A stretch of DNA of 64,000 nt from Patescibacteria group bacterium. Lineage in GTDB: Bacteria > Patescibacteriota > UBA1384 > 2-12-FULL-50-11. Below are positions 17,374-24,545 of this stretch, piece after piece. Position 1 is the stretch's first letter, and every line of letters begins with the position of its first letter. The notes beneath the pieces are model-generated. The model was not told the DNA's origin. It saw only the letters and a list, made by a program, of their open reading frames with translations, and ran no database searches. The stretch spans positions 384,771-448,770 of the forward strand of contig JBBUAP010000001.1 of assembly GCA_038058635.1 (NCBI GenBank), read 5' to 3'. A program made the position numbers and the translations under genes.

Positions 17374-17868
17374 ATCGAGCGCAAATTACTCATTAACGAG
17401 CAGATCGTCGCCAGTCAAGTCTACTTGATTATGCCTGACGGTCGGTCGGCCGGAAATGTTTCGATTGATCAGGCCAAGTATTTGGCCAGTCAGTACGAAC
17501 TCGATTTAGTGTTGATTAATGTCAACGCCACTCCACCAATTGCCAAGATTCTTGACTACAACAAATTTCGCTACCAGCAGGAAAAACAAACCCGCGGCGG
17601 CAAGAAAGTTGGTCAGCTCAAAGAGGTGCGCCTAAGCTATCGAATTGACCCACACGACCTGGAAACTAAGGCCAATCGAGCCCGAAAGTTTCTTGAAGAA
17701 GGACATCTGGTGCGGGTCTTTATCAAACTTCGCGGCCGAGAGAATCTGTTTTTGGCCCAAGCCAAAACCGGTTTAGAGAAGTTCTTAGATCTTTGCGGTG
17801 GCCAATGGGAACAGTCCATCACTCAAGTCGATAAACGGATCCAAGCAGTCATTAAGCCCAAAAAATAA
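17374..17868 (+). CDS. infC: translation initiation factor IF-3, non-AUG start
   Basis: The conserved N-terminus '...LINEQIVASQVYLI' lies upstream of the first canonical start, TTG at 17425. There is no in-frame ATG, GTG or TTG between the stop at 17320 and 17425. Candidate starts are ATC at 17374 (GGAG 5 nt upstream) and ATT at 17392. Confidence 0.85.
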   Translation: MERKLLINEQIVASQVYLIMPDGRSAGNVSIDQAKYLASQYELDLVLINVNATPPIAKILDYNKFRYQQEKQTRGGKKVGQLKEVRLSYRIDPHDLETKANRARKFLEEGHLVRVFIKLRGRENLFLAQAKTGLEKFLDLCGGQWEQSITQVDKRIQAVIKPKK

Positions 17869-17869
17869 A

Positions 17870-18067
17870 ATGCCTAAACTAAAGACTCATAAATCTAGTC
17901 AGAAACGAATTGTCCGACTGTCAGGTACTGGCAAATTAATGATGCGCAAAATGTCAGTCGCTCACCGGGCTCGGTTCAAATCGAAGCGCGCCAAACAAAA
18001 TTCAACTCAAAACTTTGTCGCCACCGGCGCCATTGCCAAAAAATTAATTAAAATGGCTTTTAGATAG
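17870..18067 (+). CDS. rpmI: 50S ribosomal protein L35
   Basis: 'MPKLKTHKSSQKRIVRLSGTGKLMMRK', 65 aa, located between infC and rplT. Confidence 0.9.
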   Translation: MPKLKTHKSSQKRIVRLSGTGKLMMRKMSVAHRARFKSKRAKQNSTQNFVATGAIAKKLIKMAFR

Positions 18068-18145
18068 ATGACTAACAATAAATTTTCCACACTTCCGACT
18101 TCAGCCTTGAGCCTTGAGACTTCAATTTCCGGAGGAATTTGCTAG

Positions 18146-18520
18146 ATGGCTCGCGTTAAAAGAGCGGTTCAAGTTAAGAAGCGACACAAAAAGATTCTTT
18201 TGGCGACGAAAGGCTACAAGCTTGGTCGTTCTTCGCTATTTCGTCAGGCCAAACAGGCCTACATTAAAGCTGGTCAATATGCTTACCGCGATCGCCGCAA
18301 CAAAAAGCGCGATATGCGGGGCTTATGGATTATCCAGATCAACGCCGCCGTTCGAGCGCACGGTATGCCTTACAAAGACTTTATTTACGGCCTGACTAAA
18401 GCCGAGATCGGTTTAAATCGCAAAGTCCTAGCTGAGCTTTCTGTTCAAGCTCCCGCAGAATTTGAGCAAGTAGTCGAGAAAGTCAAAAAAGCCCTCGCCG
18501 AACTCTCTACAAAGGTCTAA
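18146..18520 (+). CDS. rplT: 50S ribosomal protein L20
   Basis: '[38 protein letters not shown]'. Confidence 0.95.
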   Translation: MARVKRAVQVKKRHKKILLATKGYKLGRSSLFRQAKQAYIKAGQYAYRDRRNKKRDMRGLWIIQINAAVRAHGMPYKDFIYGLTKAEIGLNRKVLAELSVQAPAEFEQVVEKVKKALAELSTKV

Positions 18521-19287
18521 TTCCGCCTAACTCTTTTTAGAAGATTACCGAAGAACTGCTGGAGGGTGGTTTTTTCTAATCTTGGGCCGTGGAGGCGCCA
18601 AAAGAGTAGATAGGTAATGGCGATTAGGGCTAAATAAATCATTGCTTCGGCCCGAACAATTCCTTCACCAAAATCGGCTTTGAGGGTTTTGATTAGTAAT
18701 TCTCCCAGGAAATACGCTTCAGCAGCTAGGAAGAATATTACTCCCGGGCTAAAACGATCTTTCAGATAGATATAAAGGAGAACTCCAAAGACTATCAGCG
18801 CCCAAATGGAGCTGATCAGATCGATCGGCAGCATGCCATTAACCGCGATCCAGGATTCCGAACCTCGCCCGATCGTACAGCTAGATAACTGACAGCCAAC
18901 TTTACCGATCGCCCAGCCAACCAAGAAAGACAAACCCAAGCAATCTAAAACTTCCCAGGTCGGTTGACGGGCTTTTTTGCTGTAGCGCAAGAAGGCGACG
19001 AAGCCAATTAAAATTCCGCCCAAAGCCAGTAAACCGCCTTGCCAGAAGTAAAAGACCTGCCAGAAATTTTTAAACTGTTCTTGGTAAGTGAAATAATAGG
19101 TTAGTCGGGCGCCAACTAGAGCGATTAGAAGGGTGTAGAGGACGGTGTCAAAAAGGTGAGTCGTCCGCAGTTTGCGATATTTTAACAATCGAAAAAGTAC
19201 CAACCCAGCAATTAGCGCCCCAAGGGCGATAAATGTTCCAAACGAATATAGCTTAAACTGCCCCACCTCAAACAAAACCGGTTGCAT
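18517..19287 (-). CDS. lgt: prolipoprotein diacylglyceryl transferase
   Basis: 256 aa, polytopic, with '[15 protein letters not shown]' and '[14 protein letters not shown]', an Lgt-like pattern. Confidence 0.7.
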   Translation of the reverse strand: MQPVLFEVGQFKLYSFGTFIALGALIAGLVLFRLLKYRKLRTTHLFDTVLYTLLIALVGARLTYYFTYQEQFKNFWQVFYFWQGGLLALGGILIGFVAFLRYSKKARQPTWEVLDCLGLSFLVGWAIGKVGCQLSSCTIGRGSESWIAVNGMLPIDLISSIWALIVFGVLLYIYLKDRFSPGVIFFLAAEAYFLGELLIKTLKADFGEGIVRAEAMIYLALIAITYLLFWRLHGPRLEKTTLQQFFGNLLKRVRRN

Positions 19288-19334
19288 TACTATTAAGGGT
19301 AGTAAATTAGGCTGATTTGGTCAAACTAACAATT

Positions 19335-19913
19335 TTATTTTAAGTCGTATTTAGATAACAGTTTTTTGCATGTACCGTGTATTCCTAAGTGGAAAAATCC
19401 GACAGCTACCGGTTTAAAGACAATCGGAAACCCTAAAGGTATTTCTGTGATACCAATTCCTAATGTTATATGTGGATGATAATTTGAATACGCACTATTT
19501 TCTTCAAAATTATTAACCCAATCAACAAGAGAGCTTGATTCAGACATTTCAAAAAAGTTTTCTGATGTTACTGTGCCAGCATTGTGTTTAGTAATTAAAT
19601 CAAAGACAGTATTGTGTAAATTTTGAAGATATTCACTTACCTCAAGGCTAAAATGACTATATTTACTAGAGCCTAAAGAAGTTAAGGTAATTTCGGGCAT
19701 CTCAAAGCTTTCTAATAATGATCCCAATTCTTTTTTAAAGTCATTAACATTTTCCAAAAGTAAACTTCCCATACCTAAAGTGATATGTGGATTATAGCCA
19801 TCTTCAAAAGACACAAAATCTTTTTTATCAGACCCCTTATTACATTCCTTGCAAATATTATTTATCTTTTCTGGGAGTAATAACACAACATCTATAGCTA
19901 TTTTTTCTTGCAT
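19335..19913 (-). CDS. 2H phosphoesterase superfamily protein (LigT/cyclic phosphodiesterase-like)
   Basis: 192 aa with two HxT motifs 'NPHITLG' and 'HPHITLG' in pseudo-symmetric halves. The gene is visibly AT-rich. Confidence 0.65.
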   Translation of the reverse strand: MQEKIAIDVVLLLPEKINNICKECNKGSDKKDFVSFEDGYNPHITLGMGSLLLENVNDFKKELGSLLESFEMPEITLTSLGSSKYSHFSLEVSEYLQNLHNTVFDLITKHNAGTVTSENFFEMSESSSLVDWVNNFEENSAYSNYHPHITLGIGITEIPLGFPIVFKPVAVGFFHLGIHGTCKKLLSKYDLK

Positions 19914-19945
19914 ATTTTTTTTATTCTATTTCAGTTCCCCATCTG

Positions 19946-20017
19946 TGGGCAATGCTGGATTCGAACCAGCGACTTCTTCGATGTGAACGAAGCACTCTAC
20001 CACTGAGTTAATTGCCC
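19946..20017 (-). tRNA. tRNA-Val(CAC)
   Basis: 72 nt with acceptor GGGCAAT/ATTGCCC and anticodon loop TTCACAT. Confidence 0.9.
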
Positions 20018-20067
20018 GAACTGCCCATATTTTAACCTAAATGTCATTTTAACTCTACGCAGGCGGC

Positions 20068-20637
20068 ATGACTTCCGATACAATGATACGCATGAGTCGA
20101 TTTGGCCCTTTTTGGGAAATTTTAAAAGTTGTGGTGATCGTTTTTGTCTCAGCGATGGGCATTAGGCTGTTTATCGCCCAACCTTTTATTGTCGAAGGAT
20201 CCAGTATGGAACCCGATTTCCATAACGGCGAGTATCTGTTGGTTGAAAAACTTGGCTATCATCTCCATCAACCGGCTCGAGGCGATGTGATTGTGTTCAA
20301 ATATCCCAACAATCCGTCGGTAAATTACATTAAGCGAATTATCGGTCTACCAGGCGAAACAGTACGCGTGTTTGAGAATCAGGTGTTCGTCAACGGCAAT
20401 ATCTTAACCGAGCAGTATTTGTCTCCCGAAGAAAGAACCGTCGTCAGTCAAAACCCAGAAACGCCTTATGAGGTCGCTTTGAACAGTGACCAGTTCTTTG
20501 TGATGGGTGATAATCGCCAACATTCAAGTGATTCGCGTGAGTGGGGGCCGTTAGGACGGGACTTCATTATCGGTAAATCGGCTTTTGTCCTTTACCCACG
20601 ACAGAATTTCTCTGCCATCGCCTCCCCGAGCTACTAA
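20068..20637 (+). CDS. lepB: signal peptidase I
   Basis: 'EGSSMEPDF', 'GDVIVFKYP', 'YIKRIIGLPGETV' and 'MGDNRQHSSDSREWG'. Confidence 0.9.
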   Translation: MTSDTMIRMSRFGPFWEILKVVVIVFVSAMGIRLFIAQPFIVEGSSMEPDFHNGEYLLVEKLGYHLHQPARGDVIVFKYPNNPSVNYIKRIIGLPGETVRVFENQVFVNGNILTEQYLSPEERTVVSQNPETPYEVALNSDQFFVMGDNRQHSSDSREWGPLGRDFIIGKSAFVLYPRQNFSAIASPSY

Positions 20638-20640
20638 GAA

Positions 20641-20668
20641 AGAATTAAGAATCAAGAATTAAGATTTG
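20641..20668. repeat. heptamer tandem array AGAATYA x3-4
   Basis: agaatta agaatca agaatta agatttg. The reverse complement reads as ATTCT-containing heptads. Confidence 0.75.
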
Positions 20669-20735
20669 TCGCTACGCGACAAGCCCTTCGTAATTCCTAA
20701 CTACGAGATGCAATCGAGGAGCGAGCGCCAGCGAC

Positions 20736-20763
20736 ATTCCAAATTCGATATTCTAAATTCTGC
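20736..20763. repeat. heptad-periodic ATTCnnn x4
   Basis: attccaa attcgat attctaa attctgc, immediately 3' of the der stop. Confidence 0.7.
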
Positions 20764-20765
20764 GG

Positions 20766-21845
20766 CTACTGCCGCTTGATAATCTGCTTGTCTTCGCTTT
20801 CTTGGGCTTTTTTCTCGATCCATTCCAAAACCGCACCGAGGCCTTCGCCGGTTAAGGCCGAAGTAATCAGTTGGTCGAATTTGGCAATGTGATGATGAAA
20901 GGTGATCGGGCGATCACCGAGTAAGTCAGATTTATTGAAGATAACCAGCACCGGCTTTTGGAGCTTATTGGCGAAATAAATTAGATGTAAATCGGCTCGA
21001 GTTGTCCCTTCTTGGGCATCGACGATAACAACGACGATATTGGCAAAATTTATTGCCGCCAAAGTTCTCTTGACGCTGAATTTCTCAACTCCGACATCGA
21101 TCTTACCGCGCCGACGAACCCCAGCGGTATCAGCCAGCAACAGTTCTTTGTCGCCAATGGTTAATTTGGCAGTGACGATATCGCGAGTGGTGCCGGCAAT
21201 CGGGCTGACCACCGCTCGGTCGGTTTTAGTTAAAGCGTTTAGCAGGGTGGATTTGCCAACATTCGGCCGTCCAACTAGGGCAATGACCGGTTCATAGCCA
21301 GAAACCTTGGCCAAGTTTCCCGATTTTGGCAGGGCTTTACAGATTGTTTCCAGTAAGTCGCCGACGCCCTTGCCGGTGACCGCGGATATCTTATAAAAAG
21401 GTAAGCCCAAATATTCCAAGCTGGAAATCTGCTTGTCGATCGATGGGGCATCGACTTTGTTGCCGATTAACCAGATCGTTTTAGTCGAGCGCAATTTGTC
21501 CAGAAACTGCTGATCTTGGGGCTGTAGACCTTCTCTTGCGTCGTAAACAAACAAAATTAGGTCAGCCTCTTCAACAGCTGAAAACATCTGGGCCCGGATG
21601 CCACGATACAGTTCCGACTTGTCGTCAACCAGTCCACCTGTATCGACAGCCGTAAAACAATGTCCCTGCCACTCAACATCACCGTAAACTCGGTCGCGGG
21701 TGGTCGATTCCTCCCGCGCGGTAATGGCTTGAGGGGTGCCAGTGATACGGTTAAAAAGGGTCGATTTGCCGGCGTTGGTTGGGCCGATTATCGCCACGAG
21801 CGGCAATTCCTGGTTTTCTGTCAATTTAGATTTGGTTTTTTCCAT
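20766..21845 (-). CDS. der: ribosome-associated GTPase Der/EngA (two G domains, no C-terminal KH domain)
   Basis: G1 motifs 'GPTNAGKST' and 'GRPNVGKST' with DTGG and DTAG. At 359 aa it ends right after the second G domain. Confidence 0.9.
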   Translation of the reverse strand: MEKTKSKLTENQELPLVAIIGPTNAGKSTLFNRITGTPQAITAREESTTRDRVYGDVEWQGHCFTAVDTGGLVDDKSELYRGIRAQMFSAVEEADLILFVYDAREGLQPQDQQFLDKLRSTKTIWLIGNKVDAPSIDKQISSLEYLGLPFYKISAVTGKGVGDLLETICKALPKSGNLAKVSGYEPVIALVGRPNVGKSTLLNALTKTDRAVVSPIAGTTRDIVTAKLTIGDKELLLADTAGVRRRGKIDVGVEKFSVKRTLAAINFANIVVVIVDAQEGTTRADLHLIYFANKLQKPVLVIFNKSDLLGDRPITFHHHIAKFDQLITSALTGEGLGAVLEWIEKKAQESEDKQIIKRQ

Positions 21846-21880
21846 ATTCGTAATTCGTTATTCGTGATTCGTAATTCGTC
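21846..21880. repeat. perfect heptamer tandem array ATTCGTN x5 (plus 2 degenerate units to 21894)
   Basis: attcgta attcgtt attcgtg attcgta attcgtc, abutting the der start codon in the der/priA divergent intergenic region. Confidence 0.9.
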
Positions 21881-21903
21881 ACTAGTAATTGTATTCTCTG
21901 CTT

Positions 21904-23661
21904 ATGCTCTACGCTCAAGTTATCGTCAAACAACGAACTCAAGTCCAGGAGCTGACCTACGCTCTAAGCGCCCAAATTGTACCCTATGTGAAGGTGGGAA
22001 GTCTAGTGCTGGTACCTCTGCGCCGAAAGGAAGTTAAGGGGGTGGTGGTAGGATTCAGCCGCTCGGTCGCCAAAGAAATAAAGGGTAGCATTCGAGAAAT
22101 CATCAAATTAGACAAAAACATTCAAGTTTACTCGGCCGCCCAAATTGAAGTTATCCACAAGCTTTCTACCCACTATGCGGCGCCGCTGGCCGAAGTTGCC
22201 TTTCACGCCTTAGACTTACCACAGTTCATGCCTGAAACCTCTCTAAAAAGTGCGACCAAACCGCTTGTCTTAACCGGATCGTGGGCCCAGCGTTGCGACG
22301 CTTATCGCCGAATTCTAGCCAAATCAAGTGGCCGCGTAATGTTCATATTTGCCCAAAACTCCTATGCCACCAGCTTCTTTCAGTCTGTAAAAACACAGAT
22401 TTCGCCTCATCTCATATATGAGATAAAAGCGTTCGGTGGCAAAAAACGGACCGCCGAGTTAATGGATATTCTAAGAAAGAATCGTCAAGTGGCGTTAGTG
22501 GGAACGCTCGGTGATATATTTTTTCCGCTCCAGGCCGGTGACACCATTATCGTCGACCAGCCCGATCATGTTGGTGCCAAGAGCCAATCGCGACCGTTCA
22601 TGAGCTCCAGGCGCGTCGCTTTAATTCGCGGCGAAGTCGAGGGTTTGAGGGTCGTTTTGGGCGACACTTTTATCTCACTCGACGATTTACTGGCCGTAAA
22701 GAATAAGAAGTTTCGCTTAACAACCGCCAAGTCGACCGGCCGGGAGATGACAATTGTAGATCGACGCGGCCAAAAGGATGCCATCGCCCCGTCCGTTGTC
22801 GAGGAAATTGAACAAGCAGTCAATTCAGGGCAAAAAATACTCGTTTTGGTGATGGCGAGGGGTTGGGCATCGGCGCTGGTTTGTCGGGAGTGTGGCCATA
22901 TATTTACCTGTCAAAACTGCAATCGCACCTCCGGGGTGCGGGTGGAGAAACTGCGTTGCGGCTACTGCGCCAGCGAAATTGATTTGCCAAAGACTTGCCC
23001 GAGTTGTCGATCGGCAGACCTGAAGCCAATTGGTGGAGGAGTGTCGGCGATCACTAAGTTACTCTCCGACCAATTCACCACCAGCAAAGTTCGGGAGTTA
23101 AGTAGCGATGCTCCGGCTCTTGACCCAAAATCCGTTATCACGGTCGCGACGGAAAAGATTTTTAGCTTTCCGGGAGCGAAGTTCGATCAAACATTCATTA
23201 TTAATGCCGATCGCCTGTTGTCGGGGACGCATCTGGACGGTGCCTGGCGGCTACTCGGTTATTTAATTGAATTACAAGATTGTTCCAAACATATTGTAGT
23301 TCAAACTTACTTCCCCGACTCGGTCGTTTGGAGCTCGGCCGCTAGCGGTAATGTTCGGTCCTTTTTCGGCCCAGAGCTAACAAACCGACGCCAACTCCAC
23401 TTGCCGCCATACGGCGCCATCATTGCCGTTCGGGGTACTGCCAACACAGCCGAAAAGCTATTCGCCCAAGCCGAAAAAATCACTGACGAGATTCTCAAAA
23501 TCCTACCCACCGCCGACGTTTCTTACCCAGAGATTGACGACCATAGCGGTAATGCTTACCAGGGTCATTTCACTATCTATTTACCGAAACCACCGCAATC
23601 ATCTCTCAAAACCAAACTAGCCTCGCTTCTCCCGCCGTCTTGGCACCTAGACATTGACTGA
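21904..23661 (+). CDS. priA: primosomal protein N' (PriA) homolog with degenerate helicase motifs
   Basis: The N-terminus 'LYAQVIVKQ...LTYAL' and the Cys-rich zinc region 'CRECGHIFTCQNCN...CGYCAS...CPSCRS' match PriA. 'LTGSWAQR' replaces Walker A, and 'VDQPDH' replaces DEEH. Confidence 0.8.
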   Translation: MLYAQVIVKQRTQVQELTYALSAQIVPYVKVGSLVLVPLRRKEVKGVVVGFSRSVAKEIKGSIREIIKLDKNIQVYSAAQIEVIHKLSTHYAAPLAEVAFHALDLPQFMPETSLKSATKPLVLTGSWAQRCDAYRRILAKSSGRVMFIFAQNSYATSFFQSVKTQISPHLIYEIKAFGGKKRTAELMDILRKNRQVALVGTLGDIFFPLQAGDTIIVDQPDHVGAKSQSRPFMSSRRVALIRGEVEGLRVVLGDTFISLDDLLAVKNKKFRLTTAKSTGREMTIVDRRGQKDAIAPSVVEEIEQAVNSGQKILVLVMARGWASALVCRECGHIFTCQNCNRTSGVRVEKLRCGYCASEIDLPKTCPSCRSADLKPIGGGVSAITKLLSDQFTTSKVRELSSDAPALDPKSVITVATEKIFSFPGAKFDQTFIINADRLLSGTHLDGAWRLLGYLIELQDCSKHIVVQTYFPDSVVWSSAASGNVRSFFGPELTNRRQLHLPPYGAIIAVRGTANTAEKLFAQAEKITDEILKILPTADVSYPEIDDHSGNAYQGHFTIYLPKPPQSSLKTKLASLLPPSWHLDID

Positions 23662-23721
23662 TCGGGCATTTCCTGGTTAAATCACCTCAAGGCTTCGGCC
23701 AAAATAAGAGGTGCACTTCAA

Positions 23722-24462
23722 ATGTCGAGAGAGATTCACGACGTTCCTTCGAGCTTAGTTGCAATGATCAAAAACAACGAGAGCTATATCAGGGAGCGAC
23801 AGCTCCTCATCGGTCAACGCTTCGAGCAGTTGGTCGAGCTTCTCAGCCAAGGGGATACAACAGGTAGCAGGCAGTTGGATCTAGCGATCCTTGCCAAACG
23901 CAGCCTCGATGAGGCTATCGGTCTGCCTTACTACGAATTCGAGCAAGAACTCCAAGCCCATCCCGGCGAGCTGGTGGTGATGAAGCAGACTTGGCAGGAA
24001 CCGACTGTAAGGTACTGTATGGATCCCGGCCATAGTGTGCCAACTCGTCCAGTTTCAGAATATCTTTTCGGAGTTATTCGAGAAGCGGAAAACGTTGATG
24101 TTTTGGGAGCTGCCGGATTGTATTCTTATCTGGAAACTGCCGTCATTCTTCGACGGGATGATTATCAGCTAGGAGAAGTTCTAGCGGCTCCTTTTAGCAT
24201 GTTGTCTTTCGTAAGTCCTCTCGGGGGCTGGAAACCTTCATCTGATCCCAAGAACTATTGTGTTGGCAACACTGAGGTTGCTGAGGAGATGACGAAGTTC
24301 AGATACTCAATCTGTTCGTTTGCCAGTAATGGTGAGGAGCTGTTCTCCATGGTCTGTCGAGCGCTGGGAGTTGAATACGTCGGCGACGATGGTCAGGGTC
24401 GCCTGGGTATCCCTGACCCGAATCCAAACGCCCCAAACCCTCTCCCGATCCAAACGGATTAA
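23722..24462 (+). CDS. hypothetical protein (orphan)
   Basis: 246-aa ORF with AAGAGGTG upstream. I recognise no motif. The C-terminus is Pro/Asn-rich. Confidence 0.5.
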   Translation: MSREIHDVPSSLVAMIKNNESYIRERQLLIGQRFEQLVELLSQGDTTGSRQLDLAILAKRSLDEAIGLPYYEFEQELQAHPGELVVMKQTWQEPTVRYCMDPGHSVPTRPVSEYLFGVIREAENVDVLGAAGLYSYLETAVILRRDDYQLGEVLAAPFSMLSFVSPLGGWKPSSDPKNYCVGNTEVAEEMTKFRYSICSFASNGEELFSMVCRALGVEYVGDDGQGRLGIPDPNPNAPNPLPIQTD

Positions 24463-24545
24463 CGTCCGTCTCGCCCTTCGGTTCCGACCGAGGGGCATTC
24501 TTCTACCCTCGACAATCCTAACCTGTTAAGATAGAATGACACAGC

